DNA of 55,822 nucleotides from Saprolegnia diclina VS20 (Eukaryota): assembly GCF_000281045.1 (NCBI RefSeq), contig NW_008246074.1, forward strand, positions 386,400 to 442,221. Reading direction: 5' to 3'. Positions 22,663-33,454 of this stretch are shown one piece after another; the stretch's first letter is position 1; each line of letters starts with the position of its first letter. The translations under genes were made by a program, and so were the position numbers. The notes beneath the pieces are model-generated. The model was not told where the DNA came from and did not search any database. It saw only the letters and a program-made list of their open reading frames with translations.

Positions 22663-23216
22663 CTTCGCTCGAACTTCGCTTCCGCTTCGAAGCAAGAGGT
22701 TTCCAATTTGTACAATATTATTATAGGGTTTCCCTGTGTTTTCGTGGGGCAGGTTTTGGTCGAGCTCTTTGGTTGAGGTTTTGCTTTAAGGTAGCGTGCA
22801 ATCTAGCAGAGGGATCATGTACTACGTATGACGTAGTTTAAACTCGTCGGTGGACGAGATCGTGTGCATTTGAGTTCAATGTATCTGCCCCAAACCTCGG
22901 GTTTTCTTGGGGCAGGGTGTGGTTAGTCTTTGTGGTTGAGGTGGGGCATAGGGTCGGTGGGCCATCTAGCGCTCTTTCTGCGTAGCATGCGCAGTGGTTT
23001 GATCCATGCAGAAGGTTTGTGCAGGGTGCTGTCGCGCTTTTTGATTTCAGTTTGGTATCGGGGCCGTATACAACCTAGCGGTATGTCTGTGTCATAGCTT
23101 GGACAGTGTGGATGCCTTGCACCCTTACGCGCTCTTGTACTATGCACGTCCAACACACCCACGGGCCTGGCTACAGCCGGGTGCCCTCGCTGCGCTCGTG
23201 CGCTTCGCGCAAAAAA
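22663..23216. mobile_element. Possible non-autonomous inserted element rich in short hairpins
   Basis: Begins where the pseudogene homology ends. CTTCGC motifs at both ends, internal hairpins (22843-22858, 22885-22915) and a degenerate internal direct repeat. No coding signal. Confidence 0.3.
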
Positions 23217-23315
23217 GTCGTTTATTCAATTCAAAGATAGAGAGAAGCCTCTACTTCATCGTATCCAGCATAGTCAGTCTAGGTTAGTCTTCTGTCGCAT
23301 TTCTTTTCAATGATC

Positions 23316-23529
23316 ACTTTCAGTTTTGCCTTCACTCGACCACTCGGTCTTGTCCAAGGCTTTGCACGCTTCCTCATCGCGCAGTAGCAGTGTCCACCGG
23401 AGACGTCCCAAGGGTACCATGTAACGAGTTATCCTGGGACGTCTCCGGTGGACACTGCTACTGCGCGATGAGGAAGCGTGCAAAGCCTTGGACAAGACCG
23501 AGTGGTCGAGTGAAGGCAAAAATGAAAGT
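23316..23529. repeat. Long inverted repeat: 95-bp arms (one mismatch), 24-nt loop
   Basis: 23316-23410 is the reverse complement of 23435-23529. The inner 87 bp pair perfectly. Confidence 0.95.
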
Positions 23530-23919
23530 AAAGGCATCGGTCTTCAACGACGTGGTCTTGCTGATCAGCGACGATCAAGTGCGTACGTGGCACGCACGTG
23601 AGGACGCTGGGCAAAGGTATGGAGAAGCAAAATGTAGACGGCGAAACGTGGTACTGGTGCGAATCTTGGCGAGGACGTCAAGCGACGCACCGGACGGGAG
23701 GAGATGCATGGTGACGGGCCGGTCCATATCATTACATCCACCTGACAACTTGCAGTTCAAGATGAAGTTTAAGTTGCCAAGCCTCTACTAGTACGAGCGG
23801 GTTTAGGTTTAGCTTTGTAAATGATCGATCGAATTCAGTTTTCCTTTTGCCTCCAAGCTTTAGTGTCCAACACTGGACGTCATGAGCGCGAGCAGGTTGG
23901 ACGCTGGGACGACGCTCGC

Positions 23920-24130
23920 GACGGCCCGTGTCGACTTCAAACGGCGAGAGACCCGTCGACGCTGACGAGGCTCATGTGCGCGTACTCGATGTTGCAAAGG
24001 AGGTTGGCACAATCGGTGTCCAGGTACGAGACGGTGCAGCGCAGAGCATCTTCCACTGTGCGGTTTTGGCGCTCCATCTGGCCGTCCGTTTTGGCCCGAT
24101 GAGCGGTCAACCAGACCGACACACAAGGGA
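23920..24130 (-). mobile_element. Ty3/gypsy LTR retrotransposon integrase remnant
   Basis: TAHRAKTDGQMERQNRTVEDALRCTVSYLDTD...NIEYAH, then after a frameshift TGLSPFEVDTGR. This is the typical gypsy integrase C-terminal core. Confidence 0.8.
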
Positions 24131-24940
24131 GCACCGTCCGGGCAATGGGGCACGACGCGCAGCATCCCGGCGCCAATTGGGCATGACATTGGAGCAGGGC
24201 TCGCATCGCGCATCGGTTACATTGGGTGGCATGACCAACAGGCAGTCATTGGAGCGAGCGACGCCACGTAGCATGACGTAGCGTTCGTGGCCCGCAAGAA
24301 GCGTCGCAGCATCGGACGGCAGACCCAAGCAGTAGCGCACGGGTGGTGGACGCTCGGGCTGCGGCGTGACGGGCACTTGAGCTCGAGATTTTGCCGCGAT
24401 GTTGACCTTGCTTCGGCATGTCTTGCACACACCCTTCAACGGCTCGTTCGTCTTCTTCCATTTCCCACAGCTGCCGACGCACCGATTGCACTTGGGCGCA
24501 GGCTTGGGCGTCGGCACCATTTTGCGCAGGCATCGATTTCGAGCGTCGGTGATTGAGATGGATATAGTAAAAGCGTACTAGTACTGGAAACGGCCCGCTT
24601 CCGCACACGAGTTTGATGCGCGATTCCCGGAGATTCCTGAATTTTTTTGAACAGCAGACACGTATCGCTTTGATTAAGCTCGTGTCCAAATCTTGTCGTT
24701 GCGGTCGCGCGCGGAGGTGTTCAAATCGATATCCGCAGAAGCTCACTCTGGGACCATCGGTGTTGGCGATTCGATCCAACATTTATCCTAAACTACTTAT
24801 CGTAGCGCTACGCGTCATAGCTTGTTCGATGGATATCGAGATCGTTGGGCCAGACGTCAAATACACGGCGTCATAACGTCAAAAAGGCGCCACATACAAT
24901 ATTGTAGTGACGCAACAATCAAGATAGTTTAACAACGTTA

Positions 24941-26431
24941 CTACGCTTCGACGCTCTCCGCGGCACTCTCGAGTACGAGGCGGTCCTTGCGATTGTCGAC
25001 ATGGTACGTGATGCGGCGCTTCGTCGCCTCGGCGCGAAACACCTCGCTGTCGATTGACGGTAGCACGATCGAGATGCCGCGGCACGTCGTAAGTGCGTCT
25101 CCGAGTGCCACGTAATTTTGTACCGACAAGAAGACACGGCGTAGAACAATGCTGACACCGGATTGGCTCGTCGTCTCACGCAGCACCCTCGCAATCGCTG
25201 ACGCACCGTCGTCATCAAGGTCGCAGTCGTCCAACGTGATGTTTCGGATACCGCGACGGATCCAGTTGGGCAACGACGTTGCGATGGCCTTGAACACGGA
25301 CGGTTGTAGTCGTCGGCACGAGACCCACGAGAGCTCCGTAAGAACGTGCGCACGAGACAAGCCGAATGTAAGCGTCTCCCATGCCGCTTTGGTGACTAGG
25401 ACGCGACGAAGCGTGACGCGCCGTAGCGTCAGTGGCAACACCGTTACAGGTGGCCGCCCACCGAGATAGCCGTCGGACAGTTCCAGCTCTTCAAGCGCTG
25501 GAAACGACGTCAGTGCTTCCACGAGTTCGGTGAGGCTGGCGCCATGGCAGCTGAGCTTGAGCGAGCAAAGCTGCTGACCGTGGAGCTGCCGCAGAAACTG
25601 CAGCAGTACTGGCACATCCGTGCGGCCGATCGAGACATCCAAGCATCTTAGACGATCAAACGACGGCGCAACAGCCACGAGCGACGCAAGGGTCCCGGGC
25701 ACAAAGTCACGTAGCGTGAGGCTCGAGAGCATGTTGGTCTTGAGGAGCATCGCACTCAGTGTCCCACGATCCGCTGCGTCATTCTCGGTCGGGCTCGTCA
25801 AATCCAAGTGCTCGGCGTGACCAGAGGCAAGCCAGCGGTCCACGGACGCGATGGATCCAGCGCTCAGACTGATGCCCGTGATGGAGCGGACGCAGTGCGC
25901 GGACGTCGTGACGGCTTCGAGGATCGCTTGGCCACCGATTGCACCACCCACGTCAAGGACCTTGAGGTTCCGACACTGGCCCAAGAGACTGCAGAGGCGA
26001 CCGAGGTCGTACGCCCCACCAGTGTGTTTGTACTGCGTGATCGTCATGCGCCACAGATGAAGCCACTCAAAGGCATCAAGACCCATCGGCGTGGGCACGT
26101 CGTCAAGGCCACAGTGGACGCTGGCAGCGGTAAAGACCGGCATCGCGTGACGCACCAGACTGGTGGCTACAGGTGTGATCGCGCCGAGTCGTAGCACTGG
26201 CCAGAGTGCGTCGAGCGGCCTTGGCTCAGTTGCAAGGACATGGCGCTGCGGGGCCTGAAGGAGGTCGTGGAGCGCGGCCAGATGCGTGCCTCTACGTGCC
26301 GAGGGTGGGAGCGCAGCAAGGAAGGTCTTGACGTCCTTGGCGGCAACCATGCACTGGACGATAGCGGTGAGGACGTGGTCCAGATGCAGTACCGTCGGCG
26401 AGGCCGCTGCTGGGCGCTTGCTGCTGCTCAT
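24941..26431 (-). CDS. Lineage-expanded LWP-motif / RNI-like LRR family protein, full length
   Basis: Intronless 496 aa. N-terminal LDHVLTAIVQC...FLAALP...LWPVLRL followed by LxxLxL repeats (LKVLDV, LSSLTL, LRCLDV, LCSLKL, LEELEL). Confidence 0.8.
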   Translation of the reverse strand: MSSSKRPAAASPTVLHLDHVLTAIVQCMVAAKDVKTFLAALPPSARRGTHLAALHDLLQAPQRHVLATEPRPLDALWPVLRLGAITPVATSLVRHAMPVFTAASVHCGLDDVPTPMGLDAFEWLHLWRMTITQYKHTGGAYDLGRLCSLLGQCRNLKVLDVGGAIGGQAILEAVTTSAHCVRSITGISLSAGSIASVDRWLASGHAEHLDLTSPTENDAADRGTLSAMLLKTNMLSSLTLRDFVPGTLASLVAVAPSFDRLRCLDVSIGRTDVPVLLQFLRQLHGQQLCSLKLSCHGASLTELVEALTSFPALEELELSDGYLGGRPPVTVLPLTLRRVTLRRVLVTKAAWETLTFGLSRAHVLTELSWVSCRRLQPSVFKAIATSLPNWIRRGIRNITLDDCDLDDDGASAIARVLRETTSQSGVSIVLRRVFLSVQNYVALGDALTTCRGISIVLPSIDSEVFRAEATKRRITYHVDNRKDRLVLESAAESVEA

Positions 26432-27075
26432 GGGGTCAACTCTGATGGGATTGTGACGGACAGATGTTTTCTTAGACTCAATCTCAACTCAATCAGAATT
26501 GAGGCGGCCAGCCGGCCTATCCGATACCGCGGCACTGCTGAAGGCAACCTCACTCTCCTTGTAGTGTGGTTAGGTGTAGCCGAGCTTGTGGAGCGGTCAG
26601 CTGCGTGCTCCTACATGTCGAAGCTGGAAGTGCTGCGAGAATGCCCTTGGCGTCCTTGGCAGCTGGGCGAAGCTCAAGGACGTGGTCGAGATCCAGGACA
26701 GTCTGCAAGCCGCGTGCTGCCTCTGCTGCTGGTGTTGACCATGATCGATCGCCGATCCTTCAAGCTCAGCAAGAGAATCCTCCAATTCCCAGTGTCAGTG
26801 CCATAACTGTGCAATCTCTTGGCCACACCAAGCAATACCTCCATGACCACCAACTTGATGGGGCCGACGTTAGCGTGCAGTAGCGTGGGGTACACTGGGC
26901 AACAGCTCTTTTCGAACGACGGGTGCGATCCAGTGTCGCCCCACCCGTCTATCCGCTCACTCATTCGCATTCTGATGTCATACTCGACTCGGTCGTAGCC
27001 AGTCAACGAGCTAGGGTTTGTTTGGCGTCAGAAATTATTTCATTTTGCTCATCGCGCCTTCGAATGCCATTCATG

Positions 27076-28613
27076 TCACGGCATCGTCGCTAGCGCGCTC
27101 TGCAGACCGTGCACTAATGGATGGTCAACGCCATGCGTGATCGTGAGGATGCGACGCGCCTCTTGTAAATGCGTCCGACTCGTCCCGACGTGCTCGGGCC
27201 ATTGCGCTTCGAGGTCGCCCAGCGTGTAGAGGTGCAGGCCAGCCATTGCATGCGTCGTCGGGTACATGGCTTCGTAGAACGTCCACATCGCTTGCGCCGT
27301 GTCGCGCGCATTCTCAAAGTCCCGCGCCGCCAAGTACTGCGTCAAAAGGTGCGAGTGGACCTCGAGTACATCGACGTTGAGCGCATGCAAGTGCGCGGTT
27401 CGAAGGACCAGCGCTTCTCGAAGGCAGACAATCGCTTCCTGTGGAGCCATGGGCACCGCTGCCGCCACGAGCTGCGTGGCGCGGGCCAAGTCGGGTGACG
27501 CGCCGGTGGCGATCGGTCCGCCGTCTTTGCCAGCATCCGAGACGACATCAAACGAGGTTGGCGACGTGCACCGGGCGCAAGTGCACCCAAAGTGGTACTG
27601 CGCTTGGAGTTCGCGTCGGCGCTTGGTCGCTGGAATCGCCACGTCCACTATACGGGACAGCATATCAGCACCGGTACCATCGTGGACCCTGGTGTACTGT
27701 AGGCGTGTGTGACTTCTTCACCGGCGGCAATCGGGCGCAGTGCGCGCATCTGGAGTTCGTGCGACTTGGGCGCGAACCTACGACACGGATGCTGCGCCAG
27801 CTACACGAACGGTGGAGAGCGTACGTGACAGTGCAGTTGGCATCGCAGCTGTGGTTGACCATCGCACCCCACGGGTAGCAGCCTAGTACGTTCGCATTGG
27901 GCAAGGGCCCTCGGCATTGGAATGGCGCTACGTACCCGAGCCAATGTCGAGTAGAATTTCATCTGTGATCGTAAAATTGTTGGTGTGGAAGCGGCAAAGC
28001 ATCTCTTCAATGTCCGAGACCGTGTAGCCCATACCTAGCATAGCGCCTGTCAATGGCTTCAAGCGCAGTGTCGTCGTACTCGACGGCAGCAGGTCGGTCT
28101 GGTCGACAATAGCGGCCGTGGCGTGCACCGCTGCGCGGTCGGCCTCGGACCAGACAAGGTCGTATGGATGCGTCGAGCGTGCATCCAAGTTCCGTGGCTC
28201 GTTTGGCGCCGGGGACGCGGAGACGAGGCGCAGCGTGCGCGCGATGAGGAGCGCATCAGCGACAACCGAGTACGCGTTCGCGGTCACCACGAGCCGCTCG
28301 AGCCGCGGGCACTCGAGCTTGTGCTGCAGGCGCCAGTCGCTCAGCTGGCATCCCTTGGAGCCTAGCATACATCGTCATAGCCATAAGCTAGCAAAGACAT
28401 GGCGAACGTACAGTAGTAGACAAGCTTGCAGCGGGCGCAGCGCGCAAGCGAGCCTGGCTCAAAGCACGCCTGGCAGCGCTCGGTCCACAGACTCGGCGAC
28501 AAGACAGTCGCAAAGGGCATCGACGTCAGCAAGAGCGTGCCAGGCGCGACGTCCTTGGTGGCTGCGATCCAGCGGCCTGCGCCGCGGTCCTTGGTCTCGA
28601 GTTGCACGGCCAT
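27076..28613 (-). CDS. SET and MYND domain lysine methyltransferase (SMYD-like, multi-exon)
   Basis: GRWIAATKDVAPG, MYND CQAC...CARCKLVYYC|SKGCQ...W...HKLEC, NHSCDANC, post-SET YHFGCTCARC, TPR-like tail ITHGVDHP. Confidence 0.92.
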
Positions 28614-28825
28614 CGGACCCCGCTCGAATTTCGTAGATTTGAAAATCAAATTTCGAAGACGATGCCATTGGGCGAACCACTTGCAGGACGATCGCCAAGG
28701 CCTCGTCGCCCGTCCTCCCCGCGCCACAGACGACGGGAAGCGAGGCCACATAATGTGCGCAAAAGCTATATATCTTATCTACTTATGGGTCGTCGTTTTC
28801 TTCCTACTGAGGTATATGCACGTAT

Positions 28826-31800
28826 TTACTGGCCGTTGACCTGCGCGTGGGCATCTTCGATTGCCTCCTGCTGGCGGCGGTGAATCTCGGCCGCAAACGT
28901 CTATGCAGAAGAATGAGACCCACGGTGCTATCACCACGAGCAAAACGTACGTCGCACGTGGCCTTGAACTCGTCCGTGTCGAGGTGCAGCGCCTGGAACG
29001 CAGCCGGGTTGGTGTTGTGCAGCGCCTGGACCGTCTCCAAGAAGACGGCAAACTCGTCAATGTTGTCGAGCTCGCTCGTGCCATAGTCGTCTTCGTCGCC
29101 GCCCATAAAGTACGAGCCGTCTTCGCCCTACACACGTCGATATCGTCAGGCTCCCACATTCCATGCAACTATAGTCGTACGTTGCGCTGGAGTTCGCGCA
29201 TCCAGGCCGCGATTTCTTCGTCCTGGAGGTCCTCGGCGTCTTCGTCCGAGGCGTACCCGCCCTGGTCGACGAGCTGGTCAAAGCCCTCGCCGTCGTCCGA
29301 CTCGTTTTCCGAGTCTTCTTCCTCCTGGGGCTCCTTCTGAATCTCCTGGAGCTGCGTCACGGCGCCCACAAGGAGGCCTTGCAGGTGCGGCTGGAGCGTC
29401 GGCGGCAACTCGGCGAGCGGCAGCTTGAAGATCGCCATGAGGCCGAGCACCATCATCTTGCGGTCCATGTAGCTCTTGATGTTGGGGAGGTGCGTCATCC
29501 ACGCGCGGAAGAGCGGGTCGGTCGCCTGGAACGACTCCATCGTCGTGAGCGTCAGCGCCGGGTTGTAGTTGAGCGCCGACGCAATCACGCCAAAGAGCGC
29601 CGTCACAACGTTCGTCTGGAGCGACCGCGACAGCTTGAGGCACGTGATCTGGACGATCATCGGCACACAGACGCTAATGTCGTGGCGAAGGCAGTTGTGC
29701 AAAATCGAGTAGAGGAGGCGGCACGCAGCGACAAGCTCCAAGCTCTTGTCGCTCTCTTCGCCTTCGCTCGTCTTGAAGACGTGCGCGGCCATCTGGAAGA
29801 CCATCTCGAGGTACGAGACGCGCGAGCCGTCGACGCCGACGACGCCACCAGCCAGGAACGCGTTGACGTCAAGGCCGATAAAGTTGTCGATGAGCGAGAC
29901 GTAGTTGGAGATGTAGTCGGCGGCCCAGTCGTTGTACGACGAAAAGAGCTTGGGGAAGAGCGCCCACACCGACGGCGCAATCGACTTGGAGTGGTACGTG
30001 AGCGAGATCAAAATGTCGAGGGCCGACTCGAGGTACTCGAGGTAGTCTTCGCTCGAGAGGACGCGGTCCAGCACGGGCACGAGCGGCTCGAGGAAGAGCG
30101 GGAAGTACTCGGGCTGATTGTGGATCGAGTACAAGATCGTGTTGACCGTGTCGAGGCACGACGCCGCCGTCATGCACGCTTCGTCGTCTTCGTCGCCCGA
30201 CTCGGAGAACTGGAGGAAGCAGTCGACGAGCTTCTGGATGAGCTGCACCGCGTACGGGCCGATCTCATCAGCGAACGCATCGATGATGTGCTCGAGCGCA
30301 ATGACGACATCGTCGTTGCCAATCTCGTCCATGAGGCTGAAGTACTGCTGCATAATGTCGGGCAAGAGCGGGCGCATGACGTCCAAGGCCGCGGTCGAGT
30401 GCTCGTACGTGACAATGTAGCGGAGCGTCTTGGCGGCTTCGATCTGCACCGGGAGTTCCGGGTCCTTCATGCACTTGAGCATGCACTGCGCGATCTCAGT
30501 CACCGTCGTATCGGCGAACGCCATGTCCGAGATGAAGTGGCCCGTAAACATCTTGCACGCGCGGAGGCGTAGGAACCCGTGCGAGTTGTGAAACTCGGGC
30601 AACACATGCGTGAGGAGGAGCGTCTCGACTTGGGCCTTATGCACCTTGGACTTGACGAGGAGCTTGTCGAGCGACATGAGACCGTGGAGCACCGCGTCCT
30701 TCTGGACCACGTCGCGGGCTTCGACCGGCGTTGCCTGGTACGTGCTCAGAATCTGGTTGTAGAACATGAGCACGTTCGAGAAGCAGTCCTTGCCCCGGAG
30801 CGTGCAGAGCTCATTGAGGAGGTCGCGGGCTGCGTTCACAGGCGAGAGGTAGTCCTCGAAGAAGTCGTTGGTCTTGCGCACAAACTCGTGCGGGTCTTCT
30901 TCCCAGAGCTGGAGGTCCGACTTGGTCAGGCAGAGCGCGGGGTGGACGACCTCGAAGAGGAGGAAGTGGAGATGCGGCTTGAGCTGCTTGAACGCGAGCG
31001 ACGACTTGACGGCTTCGTTGAGGTACGTGAGGCAGAGGTGCACGACGCGGTCGGTGCAAAAGTGGCCGTTCTTGCGCAACGCGAGCGTCTCGAGGACGCC
31101 AGCGAGCATCGGCGGGTTGATGTTGGCGCGGAAGAACTTGGACATCTCCGTAAACTCCTCCGGCACGTGCTTCGGGTTGCCCCAGCGCATGTAGAAACGC
31201 GTGAGGATCTGGAGGTTCCACTTCTTGACCTTCCACCACGGCCACTTGGCGCGCTCGTCGGCGTCCGTGGGCTGCCCGAGCGGCTCAACGCCTTCGGACG
31301 CTTCCGGCAGCCGCTTGGTGAGGAGCGCACCGAACAGCTCCATCCACGCCGTGACCTCGGTCGTCGTCGCGAGCATCGGCGGGAGCGACACCTGCATGCA
31401 CGACCAGTAGATCTTGAGGATGAGGTGGATCATGTGCGCAGCTTCGAGCGAGTTGTTGGTCATGAGCTGCGAGAGCATGCCACGGAGCATCGGGAACGTG
31501 ACGCCGACGATCGTGTTGAGATCCGCGCGGTTCTATATGGATCCCATGGAGCGATTCGTATGGAGGCGTGGTTGTAGCTACCTCTTCGCGGCGGTACTCG
31601 TAGAGCTTGACGAGCTTGCGCAGCGCGAGGAGCGCCTACATGTGGCATGAATTGGGGTTGGGTATGGCAGAAGATGGAGTACGTTGCAGATGCGCGTGAC
31701 GTCGCCCGACTGGACATTGGTCGTGATCTCGGCGACGAGGCCCGGCCACTTGTTGGGGAAGTCAACGCGGGCAATCTGGCTCACGGCTTCAGCGAGGATC

Positions 31801-32129
31801 GAGCGGAGCGACCGGTCTTCCATGGTCAAGAGGCTCTCGAAGATATGCTTGCGGTACTCGTCCTTGTCGCTGTTGGGGAACACCGAGAGCATCGTGTTGT
31901 CAGGCTGGTTCACGCCCTCCCAGTGCTTGAGCACCATGTTCTTGAGCGCGACGGCGCCGGCCTGGCGGATCTCGCGCTGGACGTCGGCCGCCGAGACGAG
32001 CTGCGCGAGCAGCACGATGGAACCGCGCACCGTGTGGAGGTTGGCGACCGCGTCCTCGGCGGCCTTGCGCGCACCGCCGTCGTTGCTGAACGTGTGCAGA
32101 AGGATGTTGTGCAGCGTCGGCGCGTCCAT
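28826..32129 (-). CDS. IPO7: Importin-7/8 (RanBP7 / SAD2-like) karyopherin beta (multi-exon)
   Basis: IBN_N region RKAAED...IRQAGAVALKNMV, DFPNKWP, WPWWKVKKW, LWEEDPHEFVRK, FLRLRAC, ELPVQIEAA, acidic C-terminal loop. Confidence 0.92.
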
Positions 32130-32344
32130 GCTCGTCGTTGCCTTCGTCACGAATATGTGCCAATGGCTCGCCGAGGAAAGGCCCTGGCAGCGTATCCGGA
32201 TGATGGCCGGCCGTTCGAAAAGTTGCCCAGCACCTGCCCGCCGAACAATTCTTGCCGTAGCTGTTGTCCTTCATCGTACATAGGACCGCGACCATGGTCG
32301 CTATATCCACTCCGTATCGGTCATCTAGGTAGAGAGGTGTGAGC

Positions 32345-33061
32345 NNNNNNNNNNNNNNNNNNNNNNNNNNNNNNNNNNNNNNNNNNNNNNNNNNNNNNNN
32401 NNNNNNNNNNNNNNNNNNNNNNNNNNNNNNNNNNNNNNNNNNNNNNNNNNNNNNNNNNNNNNNNNNNNNNNNNNNNNNNNNNNNNNNNNNNNNNNNNNNN
32501 NNNNNNNNNNNNNNNNNNNNNNNNNNNNNNNNNNNNNNNNNNNNNNNNNNNNNNNNNNNNNNNNNNNNNNNNNNNNNNNNNNNNNNNNNNNNNNNNNNNN
32601 NNNNNNNNNNNNNNNNNNNNNNNNNNNNNNNNNNNNNNNNNNNNNNNNNNNNNNNNNNNNNNNNNNNNNNNNNNNNNNNNNNNNNNNNNNNNNNNNNNNN
32701 NNNNNNNNNNNNNNNNNNNNNNNNNNNNNNNNNNNNNNNNNNNNNNNNNNNNNNNNNNNNNNNNNNNNNNNNNNNNNNNNNNNNNNNNNNNNNNNNNNNN
32801 NNNNNNNNNNNNNNNNNNNNNNNNNNNNNNNNNNNNNNNNNNNNNNNNNNNNNNNNNNNNNNNNNNNNNNNNNNNNNNNNNNNNNNNNNNNNNNNNNNNN
32901 NNNNNNNNNNNNNNNNNNNNNNNNNNNNNNNNNNNNNNNNNNNNNNNNNNNNNNNNNNNNNNNNNNNNNNNNNNNNNNNNNNNNNNNNNNNNNNNNNNNN
33001 NNNNNNNNNNNNNNNNNNNNNNNNNNNNNNNNNNNNNNNNNNNNNNNNNNNNNNNNNNNNN
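32345..33061. other. Assembly gap (run of N)
   Basis: 717 consecutive N bases. Confidence 1.
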
Positions 33062-33454
33062 CGTAGCGTGTTTTTGAAGTGCCTTGCCGTCGTTTTGGAA
33101 AGGGGACGTGCGATTTGTATGGGCAATTTTCCATATTGACGGTAATTTTCGACAATACGCCGGAATATCGGCCACCTGGTGCGTGCAATTAAATTCGGCA
33201 GCTGCAATGTTCCAGCTGCTGCTCCGATACATTACGCACGTCGGACGCCGAAATTAAAATAAAATGACCAGCCATACAAAGTTGAAGCCGCGGCTTTGTT
33301 TGGATATCATCGGTTTTGGAGCTGCCGGTCATTCTTCCATCCACCGCCACCATCGCCCGTCGCCGCGCCCTCGCCGCGGCCTCCGACGAGTCCTGGGGTT
33401 GTCCTCGTCCGCGCTGAGCCTTCATCTACCTCATCTTACCTCATCTTCATCATC

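Noticed and set aside
29379..32342. Long plus-strand ORFs opposite importin
   Set aside because: Antisense shadows with R/V/E/L-biased composition and no domain signal.
31900..33232. ORFs containing long X runs
   Set aside because: Artefacts of translating through the N gap.
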